Of a DNA stretch of 64,000 nucleotides, positions 13,325 through 26,074 are shown in pieces. The translations under genes and the position numbers were made by a program. The DNA is from Hyaloraphidium curvatum SAG 235-1 (lineage: Eukaryota > Fungi > Monoblepharomycota), in contig JAIVFI010000043.1 in the NCBI GenBank assembly GCA_025558095.1, forward strand, positions 248,001 through 312,000. The letters are read 5' to 3'. The notes beneath the pieces are model-generated. The model had not been told where the DNA came from and ran no database searches. It saw only the letters and a list, made by a program, of their open reading frames with translations. Positions within the stretch are counted from its first letter, which is position 1. Every line of letters begins with the position of its first letter.

Positions 13325-16300
13325 ATGAACCGGGGCGGCCCCGCGCCGCCCCGCCCGCCCGAGGGCGGCCCCCCGGCGGCCGCGGGCGGCGCTGCAAGCC
13401 AGCCCTCGCCCGCCGAGGAACCGCCCGGCGCAAAGCGGCTGCGCAACGCCTCGCAGAACTCGGGCCGCGACCCGCCGGACCGCAAGCGCCCGGACTCGCA
13501 GGCGTCGGGCGGCGAGGGCTCGCTGTCGCCGGCGCAGCAGTTCGCGGCATACCCGCCGCAGCAGTTCCCCGCCGGCGGCCCGTTCGGCCTGTCGCCGCTG
13601 CGGCCGCCGACGACGCCCTCCGACTATGCCGGCGGGCAGGACGGCTACCCGGCGTCGCAGGCCGAGCAGCGCTCGCAGCGGCTGGCTGGCTCGGCGCTGC
13701 TGGACCTGCTGGGGCGGTTGCGCACAATCGTCGACGGCTGGCGCGGCGACGACTCGGCGGGCGACGCACGCCGCGCCATCGCGGAGAGCAGGGAGTCGGG
13801 CGGCGCCGCCGGCGCGTCGGAGCAGTCCGAGAACCAGCAGTCGGACAGGGGCGACCAGGGCCTGTTCGACTTCCTGCTCGAGTACTGCGGCGCGCTCGAC
13901 TTTTGCCAGTCGCCCGGCTCCCGCGATGCACTGCGCTCCGTCGTGGACCGCATGGACGCAGTGTTTGCTCCCACGGACCCCCCGGACTGGTCGGGCTCGG
14001 GCATGATGGCCGCCGAGTTGTCGGGCGGCTGGGACCCCGAGGCGGACCCGGACCTCGCCGGGGCACCGTACGGGTGGAGCGAGGCGGAGCAGGGCGTGCA
14101 GCACGCAGGCGGCGGGCCCATGGCGTCGTCCATGGCCTCCTCCATGCGGCAGCAGCCTGCTTCGGCGGGGACCCCGAGCTCCTTCGTGCCCGGCGGCAGC
14201 GCCGGGAGTACCTTCCCCCCCTACCGGCAACCCATGCCGCCGCATCCGCGGCACACGCACCCGCATCCGCAGATGGGCGGCCACCCGTACTCGGGCGGCT
14301 CCATGCGTCCCGGTACGCACGGCGTCAACCCGCAGAACCTGAGCACCGCCCCGGAGAACGCGTCCTTTGACTCCAACTCCGGGCTCATGTTCGACTCGCC
14401 AGCGCAGGCCGCCGCGGCCGGCAGCGGTTTTTTCCCGCGCTCGGTCGGCAACTCGTCCGGCGGCACGGGCTCGAGCACGCGCAGCGGCGACGCGTACGGC
14501 TCGCAGCCGCGGACGGGCTCGGGCACCGGCTCCGGCGCCTCGGACCCGCAGACGCTCGCGGCTTCGGTCAGCCCGACCCCGCCGCCCCTCTCTGCAACCC
14601 TCTCCCCCTCCTCCATCCACGCACTCGCCATGCTCCTCAAATCCCTGCCGCAAACCATCCCCCCCGTCCGCGCATCGTCCTACCCCCCGCTCGTGCGCTC
14701 CCTCAACGACCTCGCCGTGCGGCTGCGCAGCAACGGGGACGCCGGCTTCCTGGAACCGCTGCTCAAGCAGGTCGGCTGGGACGACGGCATCGGCGCCCGC
14801 GAGTTCACCTCGTGGTGGGAGGGCATGGTGGCCTCGCTCCGCGAGCAGCAGCGCGCACAGCGCGCCGTCCGCGGGCCGGGGCGGCCGGGCAGCCCCATGA
14901 GCGAGGCCAGCAACACGGACGGCATGCAGACCTCGCAGGCCGAGGAGGCCAGGGGGAGGCAGGGGAGGCAGGAGGACAGGGAGGACAAGCCCAAGCGCGG
15001 AAAGAGCGGCGGCAAGGGCAAGGAGGTCGCCATGCCCGCCGTCAAGCAGGACCCCGCCGAGGCGGCGCTTCAGGAGTCGTCATTCGGCCTGCTGGCGCTG
15101 GCGCTCAGCCTGATGCCCGGGGCCAAGGACGGCAAGGAGGACTCGGGCAAGGGCGAGCGCCGGGGCAGCGAGGACTGGCGCGGGCGCATCATGGAGCACG
15201 TGCAGGGCGCGCCGTCGCGGGACGACCCCGTGTTCAGGGAGATGCTCACGCAGTCGGGCCTCGCCCGCGGCGGCAGCATCGAGGGTTTCATCCAGCACCT
15301 GGCCGTGTTCATCGTGCAGAAGCTCCCCAAGGCGTACCGCGCCGTGCGCAAGGCCCTCATGAGCCTGTACCTGTTCCTGAGCGAGCTCAAGACCAACAAC
15401 GGGGGGTTGGATGCGAGAAAGATCGACAACATGGTGGGTGGAGCATCCTTGCGCTCTCTTTTTGCACCTGCTGAGCCGGTTTTCCCTTTTCCAGATCCAG
15501 GGACAGCTCTGCTACCACACCATGCGCCTGCACCACCACCCGCAGGGCTGCTTCGATGCCGCGTTCCGCTCGTGTCTCCTCTGGTCGCGCTGCAACGTGA
15601 CCGACATCTACTTCGGCATCTCGGAGCAGAGTGACGCCGGCGAGGGCAACTACGTCGACATCGACCGCCTGAGCACCGACATGTTCGGCTTCATCAGCTA
15701 CGACCCCGTGGGCGTGGAGGGCGGGCAGGGCAGCGAGCCCAGCGAGGGCGGCGAGGACGACGGCGACGACAGGGTGCCGCTGGAGCTCTCGGTGCCCAAG
15801 ATCGAGTACATTAACACCGTCGCGGAGGCACTGCTGCTCGTCGAGTACCTCAGGGTTTGTGTCATCATGCATTGCGACGCACACGCAGTCGGCTAACGGA
15901 TCTTACAGCGACAATGGACGAGGTACCGCGCCCTGTTCAGCGAGAAGCTCAAGTGGACGAACTACTGCCGACTCATGGGGTCTTCGTCCTCGAGCGAAAA
16001 CCGGTTCGCCAAGCCTCTGCGCAAGGTGGGTCTTGAAGGCACTCTTTCGCGGGACACATTCTGATCCAGATGCGTTGCAGGCGGCCGCCATCATCCACCT
16101 GTCGACTGAGATCCAGGAGGTCTTCCGCAGGCCGTTCGCGGTCGACATGAAGGATCTCAAGGAGAAGCTCGACAAGCTCGAAAAGACGGGCACGGTCATC
16201 GAGGCCTTCTCGGTGGAGCGCACCCTCGAGGCTGTCGAGCGCCTCAAAGCGTGGCGGATCCGGACGGTTTCGATCCTGGAGCTCATGTCCAAGCTCTCGG

Positions 16301-16679
16301 ACTTTTGCGAGACGCTTCGTATGGGCGGCTCCAAGCTCGGCTCCGAGAGGCAGTTGGAGCTCCTCGCCTGCTTCGTGTCGGGACTACGCACGCAGATCGA
16401 CCCGCTGCAGGACTCGGAGCTGTACGCGACGTTCGAGGACTACGTCACCCGGAGGTTCCACTTCGACGCATCGGCCGCGACGTTCGACGGGGGCTGGAAC
16501 CTCAACATGTTCGCGAACGCGCTCACTTACTTTGTGAACATATTACAGAACACGTCTGGTGGGTTGCTAGGGTTGTTTGGACGCTGGATTTGTTGCTCAC
16601 CGGAACCCCCCACCCTTGCAAACCCCCTCTTCCCCCTTTCACCCCCTCCCCCTCAAAAGCGTCATCCCCGGACAGCTAG
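13325..16679 (+). CDS. Large hypothetical protein with a low-complexity N-terminal half and a globular C-terminal region; 4 introns
   Basis: Long ORF with coding-like codon bias. It joins through GT-AG introns near 15434, 15856, 16026 and 16559 to exons such as IQGQLCYHTMRLHHHPQGCFD and AAAIIHLSTEIQ. No family recognised. Confidence 0.7.
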
Positions 16680-16829
16680 CGCAGGACGTCGGTGAAGGAG
16701 TGGGACGAGGGGAGTGGGGAAAAGTAAAGTGATGCCGGAGGGCGGCGCATGCATGTGTTCGACGTTTGTTCCCGTCGGTCGTTCTCGGCTGTACACGGTC
16801 CGCAGTCGAAAGGAATTAGAGCGCGCAGT

Positions 16830-19800
16830 TTAGAGCTTGGCCCCGTCGATCGATCCGGCTTTGACGACCGTCAGCTTCGCAACGTCGATTCGCTTCATGG
16901 CGCGCTGGACATCGGCGAGCGTGACGGCGTTGACGATTGACGAGAAGTCGTCCAGGTAGGAAGTGGGTTTCCGGCGGTTGGCGTTGGTGAGGATCGCCGA
17001 AGCCAGCCCGTCGCACTAGTCATGTACGTGCTGGGTGAGTACCACGGGGGAGAGATGACCACAGCGCTCTACGTACGGTGGCAAGGCGGACTTTGTAAGT
17101 CCCGGTCACCGTCTTCTTCTTCTCTTCCAGCTCGGCCGGGGTGATCCCATCCTTTGCCCACAGGTTGAGCTGCTCCATGGTGCTAGCAACGCCCTTTTCG
17201 ATGAGGGCGGGCGCAAAGGTGGCCATGACCTGGAAGACCCCGTCCGCCCTGTCCTCGGTTCCGGCGACGGACGAGTTGATTCCGTAAGTCAGACCGTCTC
17301 GGTCGCGCACGGTCTGCATCAGCCGGGCTGAGAAGTTGCCTGGAAGACACCTGATAAGCCACACTGGCTCATGTTGCAACGATCGACGTACCGCCGAGCA
17401 CGAAGCTGCTGAGGTAAAGGGGCCAGAAGTCGGGATCTTCGCGATCAATCCCGATGGGGAGGGCGAAGGCAACGTTGCATGACGTCTTTCCAGGCATTTG
17501 GACCACGATATCTTGGTGGTGAGGAGGGGCAGCTTTGGTCTGCGAGACTTGCGATCAGCGGAGGAAAATGACCAATCAGGTGTGCTACCACCTTGGGCGG
17601 CTCGATCTTGAACTTTGTCGTTTGCCAGCCCCCGAGACTCTTCTTCAGGAGATCCGAGCACAAGGCAGGGTTCACGTCTCCGACGGCGACAACGGTCAAG
17701 TCGCCGAGCCCGATCTTGGAGTGGAAGTCCAGCAGGTCCTCGACGGACATTGCTTTGACAGCCTCAATATCCTCGTCGATCGGCCTGGCGTAGTTCGGGT
17801 GTTCTGGCGGGAACAGCTCCTGGAACACGCGTTGGGTAGCCATGAAACCCGTATTCTCCTTTCTCTTTGTAAGGTTCGTGACCATGCGCTTCTTTGTGTT
17901 CTCAAAGTCGGCCGCGTCCATTCTAGGTTCCCTGAGCTGCAACCGCACGCCAGTCAGCAAGCGTGCAAAGGGACGACGCCGCGCTTTACAAACCATTTCG
18001 CCCAGCAGCTCCAGCACGACGCCCAGGTCCTCTTTCAGACATCTGCCCGATAACTTGATGCGATAGACATCCGACTCGCCGTCGAAGCTCAAGCTCGCCC
18101 TGGCTAGGTCTTCAGCGCCGTCCTCACCGCGCAGGCGCAATTGAGTACGAACCCTCGGTTCTCCAGGAGTTCACCGATCTCAAACTTCGTCCGCTTCTTC
18201 GTTCCTTCGGAGAGCATGGCAGCAAACACGCTCGTCACCATGGGCTTGGAGAACAGCTCTCCGCCAAGCAGCGATCCCTGAATCTTGATGATGTCCTTGG
18301 CCGGCGTGGGCATGGCATACAGCGTGCAACCTTCGAGCGGTTTCATCTCGACGATCCTAGAGGCGATCGTCCCGTTCCCCGGGTCATCCTCCGATTTCGC
18401 TTTCGCAGCCAGGCCCTTCGATTTGTCCCCAGCTGCAAAGCGGCCGTCGACGACGTCGGGGACCTTTTCCGAGTCAGGAAGACCAATGTTCTTGTCTTTC
18501 TCCTGCCGAGATTGGAACCGTTAGGAGATGGATGCATTCGCCTGTCCAAACAGGGCACCATCTTCGGAATGAACCACCCAGTCGTGCGCCAATCCTCGTC
18601 GAAATACCGTTTCGCGACGCGCTGGACGTCGTCCAGGGTGACCGCTTCGACATTCGCGGGAAGATCCGTGTAGTACCGCCAGCTCCCGATCGCGATAGCT
18701 TCGTTGATCCGGCTGGCCACCGAGTAGGTTCCGTCCCTGCTGAACGCATTGTTTGCTCTGATCTGCTGTTTCGCGCGCTCCAATTCCTCCGCCGTAATTC
18801 CGGATTCCTTGATCTTCTCGATCTCCTCCAGCAGCTGGGACTCCACATCCTCGGCCTTGGCAGCCGGGGTGAGGAAAGCAGCCACGCTGAAGAGTCCGGC
18901 GTCCCGGAACGCCTCGTTATCCGCCATGACACGGGTGCAGACGGCCGTGTCGACCAGCCGCTTATAGAGCCTGGCCGATTTGCCGACTCCAAGGACCCGG
19001 GCCATCACCAGCAGGGGATAGGAGTCCTTGTCGAGCGCCCGGGGCGTCTTGTGCGCGATCGCCACCACGACCTGCTGCCCCGGTCTCTTCACCACGACCC
19101 TCCGCGGTCCTTCCTGCGGTGGCTCAGCGGTGTACATTGGCGGGATGGGGTGCGGAGAAGGAGGGATTGAGCCGAAATGCTTCTCAGCGAGTGCGAGTGC
19201 GTCAGGAGTAGACATGTCGCCTGCGATCGTGAGCGTGGAATTATTGGGCCAGTAGAAAGTCTGGTAGAAATCCTTGAGTCTCTGGTGCACAGCAGTCAGG
19301 AGTGCTTGAACGGGTCGGGTCAGTCGGGACAAAGTAATACCTGGATCGGCACGTTCTCGATGTCAGACCGCCACCCGATGGTACTGTGGTGGTAAGGATG
19401 CGCAACATAGGCGGCAGCCCAGATGGCCTTGTCGAGGGCCTGCATTGGGTCGTTCTCTCCGCGCTCGAACTCGTTGCGCACGACCTACACATGTCGCTGT
19501 CGTGAGTGGACGGTTTTACTCACCAGCTCCACACCTTACCGTCATCTCCGAGTTCTTGTCGCTCTCGTTCAGAAAGGCGTTCCGCATCCGGTCGGCCTCG
19601 ATTGCCGCAGCCATGTCTATGTGCTCGATCGGAAGGAGCTCGAAGTCTGTCAAAGTCGGGTTACGGCGGAACTTCAAGATGACATGGAATCACCTCCTCA
19701 CAATTCTAGTTTCCCGAAGCCGGTGGGGTCCAAACTGGAGTCAGGCGAGAAGGAGTGTCACCATCGTGTCCCGGTCCTCACCGTTCGGTCGTTCCTGGCG

Positions 19801-20233
19801 GGCAGGGGACATGAGCTGAGATGGAACACAAGTGAACACCACTCACCAAGTTGTGGCGTTGATCTGCGCCCCGACCGCTTGCAGCTTCCACAGCAGTGAG
19901 CTAGATGTCTCCAGAACCGTGTGCGTGCCATACCAGCGACCAGATGCTCTTTCCATTGTCCTTGTTGAAGTTTGTCGAGCCCTTGAAGAGGAGGTGCTTT
20001 ATTTCTAATGAGCCTTCCTCAACCGGCGATTGACCCCTTGAGCCTACCTCGAGAAGATGAGTGCTCCCTGTGTAGCCGATGCCCTCGTTGCGGGAGCCCA
20101 CGTGGTAAGTCACCATCAGAGTCGCCACCGGTGCCGAGTGGTCTTCCGCCACGAGGCACTTGAGCCCGTTCTTCTTATGAATGTAGCTTTGTATCCCGCC
20201 GGCGGCTTCGACGAACTCGAAAGCGTCGGCCAT
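16830..20233 (-). CDS. Zinc metallopeptidase M16B (bacterial PqqL/insulinase-like, two halves fused), C-terminal PTS1 -AKL; about 13 introns
   Basis: YHVGSRNE, inverted zincin motif HLLE|H (split by an intron), INATTW|NDRT|NYFE, VVRNEFE, and C-terminal R/Y motif RLMQTVRDRDGLTYG. The last exon reads ..VVKAGSIDGAKL* (TAA at 16830-16832). Confidence 0.9.
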
Positions 20234-20577
20234 CGCGGGAGATCCGTCTCCCAGACAGATTCCAAGCAAGTGAGGTGCGATGCGCTACGCAAGAGGTCCA
20301 AAAGCGTGCTCGGCGGCCGGAACTTCGTCCGCTCCGTTCCGGACGCGCGCGGGCTACACGGCGGCGGTCCCAGCACCGAGGCCGACCTCGTCACGGCTCC
20401 GGGGACCGCGATCGAAGACGGCGAGGTCTGTAAATTGCCGCAAACACCGAGGAGCGTTCGGATGCCTTTGTGTCGCGATGGTCTTCGGCGCGGACGCGCG
20501 ACAGACGGAGAAACGCGATCGGGCGCGCGGCACGATCAAGCGCATCTCGAACGAAGTCTGGGCGGAACCACGTTATT

Positions 20578-21161
20578 ATGAGCGAAAGCGTTCCGCAGCA
20601 CTCCGGAGGATGCCAATGCGGCAAAGTCCGGTTCCGCGCGGTCGGCCAGCTCGGCGATTCCTCAGTCTGCTATTGTCGAATGGCAGGTCGCTGTCTCCAG
20701 CGTTCCTCCACTGCCCTACTGACGTCGTTGCGATTCGATCTGCTGATATCTGCGTTCTCATTTGATGTGGCTCGCAGTGCCAGAAAGCGTCGGCAAGCCA
20801 GGCTCTCGCTCTCGTGAAAGTGGGCGACGTCCAGTGGACGCGATCCCCCCCTTCATGGTTCCAATCGAGCAACGTCGTGAGGCGCGCGTTCTGCTCCAAC
20901 TGCGGCACACCTTTGGCGTACGAGGCACCCGATGGACTCGCTCTTGCCGTGCTGGCCTTTGACCAGCCGGATCTGTTCCCTCCGAAGTTGGCGTGGGGAG
21001 TCGAAGGGAAGCTGCCGTGGTGCGATACGCTCCCCGGCCTGCCGGAGAAGCACACTCTGGACGATCCAAACGCCGGGTGGCTCGCGGAGGTCGTGAGCTA
21101 CCAACACCCCGACAAGAATACAGACGCGTGGGTACCGAAGGCTTCCAGCGGTGGGGCCTGA
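20578..21161 (+). CDS. GFA/CENP-V (Mss4-like) zinc-binding protein; 1 GC-AG intron
   Basis: GGCQCGKVRF, CYCRM|CQK and RAFCSNCGTPL are the canonical GFA Cys pattern. Confidence 0.9.
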
Positions 21162-21350
21162 TCGGCTTTTCTCCAACGCGCCGCGACATACTTGGTATCT
21201 TCCAACGACGATGATGAGCCAATTGATGGATTGATGGATGGTCAACCGGGTCGCGGGATGGCTCGTCCGAAGTTCTCCCGCCGCCGTCCGCGCGTCATGG
21301 CGAGCGCGTGCCCAGTACAATACAGTTTAGCCTGCACTCCCGTGGTCGTT

Positions 21351-24300
21351 ATGAACGACTCGGCGACCGCGCCGGCGGCCTTATGGCCCGGCCCACCGGA
21401 AGCGCCAACGACGCCGGCATTGTATCCGGCGGCGGTGGAGCCAGTTGTGGGCACGGCAGTCGCGCCGCCGCCACCGGCCAGCACGGGGATTGAGGCGGCA
21501 GTCTCGGCTCCCCTGCTCGCCGCAGCGCCCGCTGTGGCCTCGTCGAGCGCGTCAGCCTCGTCAGCCTCCTCTACAACGGACCCTCCGTCGCCTGAGGTCG
21601 TCGCAGCCGCCGCCATGCCCCCCTACGCCGCGCCCGTGGCTCCGAAAGCTGCGCCGACCGCGATCCCGCCCGTGAACCCCCCGGCGTACTTCCAATGGTC
21701 CGATGCGGCCTACCAGGCCGAGCGGAGCTCCACGGCGAGGAAGAGCTACCAGGCGCGGGCACTGGGGAGGAGGACTTGCTCGTATCAGAGCAGGTGCGGG
21801 CCCCTTTCGTGCTCTCCGCTCGAGACGCTGACGGATCTCGTTGCGCGCTGTCATTGCTACATCTGGGGGATTCAGGCAATGGTTCCAGAACATCTGCTGG
21901 TGGGACGAGCACTGCGCTGACTCGACGCAGCGCTGACACTTCTCCAGCATCTCCCTCTGCCCGCTCATCATGGTGGCCATCTCCTACGCCCTCGGAGCGG
22001 TCATTACGACGCTCATTACGAGATCAAACAACTTCCAAGAGTTCCTGTTCTGCTCCAACCTCAACGCCTCCGACCCCGTGCTCCATCTCCCCATCACCAA
22101 CGTTTCCCAGCTTCCCATCACCCCTCCGGACTTCTACATCCCCGGCATGCCTTCCAACTCTCAGGGTGTGAAGCACACCAACTACTATGACACGGCAACG
22201 GGTGCGATTTTCACTGGCGGTGGTCCGGCGGGCGGGCAGGGAGGCCAGGGTTCGAGGCTCATCGGTAAACCTACCTGCGAGATTTGGTTGGGCGGTGCGT
22301 GCTGCTGGTGGAAGCACTATTCGGTGGTGCCTGAACGTGCGCTCCCGTAGACTTCTTCCCGAACCAATGGCCCATCCCGTCACCGCCGTACAACCTGCCT
22401 CTTGCCAGGAGTTTTTCGGCTCAGGGCTTCCAGATCCCCGTGCCTCCAGTCTACACGAACTTTACCGTCCGCGACACGTGGGTCATGCTCCAGAGACCAG
22501 AACCTTTGGCTCCGCTTACCTGGCCGCCGTCTCGACTTCAGGGTCAATCGTCCTCAGCCTTCAACTGGCTGGCTCGGAATGCTCATGGATCCCACCGGCA
22601 GCGTCTTTGCCCAGCTCACACAGTTTCAGACCAGGCCCTGGTTCCAGACCTACTCGACCGCGGGTGCCACGCGCGACACGGTTGGCCGCAAGGAGCCGCA
22701 GAACTACACCGTCAACACCGTGCTCGGCCCATCGGGGCTGCTCATGCAGACCCTGACCAACGAGAGCACCATCCCCGGGAGGGAGCTGCCGCCCAACTTC
22801 GGGCCCATCGGCCCCCTGGACACGGGCATTCTCGGCACGTACTCGGAGAACCGCTTCCACATGGCCAACCTGTCCGTCAACGTGGCGAACCTGTCGCAAG
22901 TGGCGGGAGCCATCACGACGACCGGCATTCCGATGAAGCTCAACACGATGCCGTACTGGCCGCCCATCACCGAGCAGGTGGACCAGGGCGTTGCAAACAA
23001 CTACTCGGGCCAGGACCTGCCCAGGGACCAGAGGTGCGGCAACGGCAACACGGCCGTCCAATGCTCAATGGACGACGTGATCGGCTACCAGATCAACGCG
23101 TAAGCACCTCGTGGTTCCCTGAAATGTCAGTTTCTGACCTTGGTTTCCCAGGGTTGTGGCCCAGCTGACGCTTCTCAACAAGACTGTGCTGCTCAACCCG
23201 ACCGCAGCCACGCTTCAGGATCAGCTCAATTTCCTCGCGCAGGCCTCGGCGATCACCAACCAGATGCCGTACGGCGCCGTGCAGTTCAAGGAGGTGGACC
23301 CGGTTCGGGGTCTTCTCGACATGATGCTGCAGATCGGGACGGACAGGCGGATCCAAAATGCCGCCAACTTCCCGACGCAATGGTACCGCAATCTCATGGC
23401 TTGGAACGGCATCGCGAACACTTTCCGTGAGTCCTCACGTGCGGCCTCGTTGCTTTCCCTTCTGAAGCGAAGTACCGCGCAGTGCGTTCGATCGCTCCGA
23501 CCTTGTCCAACGCAACCATTTCCCGGGGCTTCCGCGCAATGCCGCAGTACGCCAACACAAAGATCAACTTGCCCGTCGCCACCGCCATCGGACGCATCCT
23601 CTACCCGTGGGGAGTCAGTTTCCTGCTGCCAATCTTTGTGATCATTATGGTGAAGGAGAAGGAGGACCGCATCCTTTCGATGATGAAGATGGTCGGTTCA
23701 GCCACATTGCACCCGCTTTGGTCGCCTCACCGACCCTCTCCCTCAGAACGGCATGACCTCGTTCACTTACTACCTCACGCTCTACATCCACTTTCTAATT
23801 CTCGGCATCATTTCGTCCGCGATCTTCCTCATCGCCGGCTACGCCTTTGGCATGGAGTTATTCCGACGGACCTCCTGGATCGTCCTCATCATCGTTTTCT
23901 TTGTATGGGCCAACATCCAGGTCGTCCTGGCCTTTTTCTTGTCCGCATTCTTCACACGCAGCCGCACAGCGTTGGGTGGGTTGCCGGTGGACGACGCGTG
24001 CGCACCAGGCCTGATGCGCCTTCCCAGTCATCACGTTCCTCATCGTGCTCGCCTCCGTCGTCGTCTCGGTGGCACTGGATCAGCTGTTCCCCGGGGATAT
24101 AACGCCGGCGCTGTTCATTTGGCCTCCGTTCGCGTTCTACCGCTGCCTTAGCCAGATGAACGCCAACAGCTACCTCAGGAGCCGTCGAGTATGTTGTGCT
24201 GCTTGCGTGTGAAGCTCTGTAGGCTCACTTCCTTGAAAGCCCTACACCATCAGCATGTTGGCGCCTCCGGATCAGGTCGGCGTGGCGCTCATCTTCATGG

Positions 24301-25852
24301 TTTTCGAAATCCCCATCTACCTGCTCTTGGCGGCCTACTTCAACGCCGTCTTCCCCACCGAGTTCGGCGTGCAGAAGCCGTGGCACTTCCCGATCACCGA
24401 CCCTATCAAATGGTGCATGGGCCGGAGCAAGAAGCGCTCGGCCGACCCGGAGGCCGGCATGGCGGCGCAAGGAACGGTTGCGAACAACGGCGAGCGCTCG
24501 CACCCGATCGAGCTGTACGACGGTCTGCCGATGCTGGCGCACGACCTGAGCGAAGCCGAGAAGGAGAACCCCGGCAACCCCGAGGAGGACGCCGACGTCA
24601 AGAACGAGCGCACGCGGGTCCTCACCAACCAGTACGACTCCAGCCGCACGCCGCTGCAGGTCGTGGGAATGCGCAAGGTGTATCCCGGGCGCAGCGGCAA
24701 AGGGCCGAAGCTTGCCGTGAAGGACATTACCTTCGCCGTCGAGGAGGGCGTCATCTTTGGCCTTTTGGGCCCCAACGGAGCCGGTGAGCTTCACCATTGG
24801 CGCGCGCAGTGGCACAGCTCACATCGCGACGAATCTTTAGGGAAAACGACGCTCATCAGCATTCTGACCGGGCTGTACCCCCCTACCGATGGCATGGCCA
24901 AGATTGCCGGTTACGACATCGCGACGGACATGGACCAGGTCTACTGCAACATTGGGATCTGCCCGCAGCACGACATTCTCTGGGACGACCTCACAATTGA
25001 GGAGCACTTGCTCTTCTACGCGCGGCTCAAGGGCGTTCCCGCCGCCGAGGAGAAAGAGGTAGTGAAGCAGAGCATGGAGGCCGTCAGCCTCCAGGACATG
25101 TCCTGGCGGCTGTCGAAGGGGCTCTCCGGCGGCGAAAAGCGGCGGCTCAGCATCGCGATTGCGCTCGTCGGCAAGCCCGCGGTTGTGTTCCTCGATGAGC
25201 CTACGGTGGGCGAGCTGGCCTCCTCTTTGGGGGCCTTCTTCTCACCTACTGGGGCCGCAGACTGGTTTGGATCCGGAGGTTCGCCGCTTGATTTGGTCCA
25301 TCATCAACGAAGCAAGGACGGGGAAGACGATCATTCTCACGACGCATTCGATGGTGCGTGGTGATTCACCGTCTTGGTCGCCTTTCCAGCCGCCTCACCG
25401 CGCGTTCCTTTGCGCAGGAGGAAGCCGAAGTGCTTTGCCAGCGTATCGGCATCACCGCCAAGGGCGCATTGCGGTGTTTGGGCTCGACTCTGCATCTCAA
25501 GAAGCTTTACGGCGCAGGGTTCAAGCTCCAGTTTGCCTGCAGCGAGGCCCGCATGCCCCAGATCTGCAACTTCATCGAATCCCTGCTTCCCCCGGGGTGG
25601 AACAAGGTCGATTCGTTCTCCACGACTGCCTCGTACGAGTTTGTTCCCCAGCCGGGCCTGATCGCCAAGCTGTTCGAGCGGGTCGAGGCCAGGAAGGAGG
25701 AGCTCGGCATCGACGACTGGGGCATCTCCCAAACGAGCTTAGAAGAAGTGTTCGTCGCCTTGGAACGTTTTTGCACTTCCGGCAGCTGTTGAGCCTCGGA
25801 CTGACGCGTTTTTCGTTTGCAGATCTCGGAGGACGATGCTGGCGCGGACTAG
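21351..25852 (+). CDS. ABC transporter subfamily A, half-size (TMD with large extracellular domain + NBD); about 13 introns
   Basis: MVKEKEDRILSMMKM|NG, Walker A GPNGAG|KTT, GICPQHDILW, signature LSGGEKRRLSIA, Walker B VFLDEPT|TGLDP, LTTHSM|EEAE, and terminal SQTSLEEVF. Confidence 0.93.
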
Positions 25853-26074
25853 GGGCTGTGCGGGGATCCAGCGGCAACAAAACCAGCTCATCATCTTGGA
25901 TATGTGCGATTCTATTGGAATTCGATTGGCAATCGGCCAGACTTGCCATGGGCAGCGTGGGTCAGACCTGTCAGGGTGTGATCGGAGTGGGTGGGAGAAA
26001 GGGTCGAGGTCGCTCTTGTCAGCGGGGTCCAGGGCCACATCCCCCGGCATTCCGCGTCTCCGCCGACCGCAAGC

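Noticed and set aside
16816-17016. ORF-track ending ..ALNCAL* as the M16 C-terminus
   Set aside because: The splice phase and M16-like sequence (YLDDFSSIVNAVTLADVQRA) put the real exon in another frame, ending AKL at 16830.
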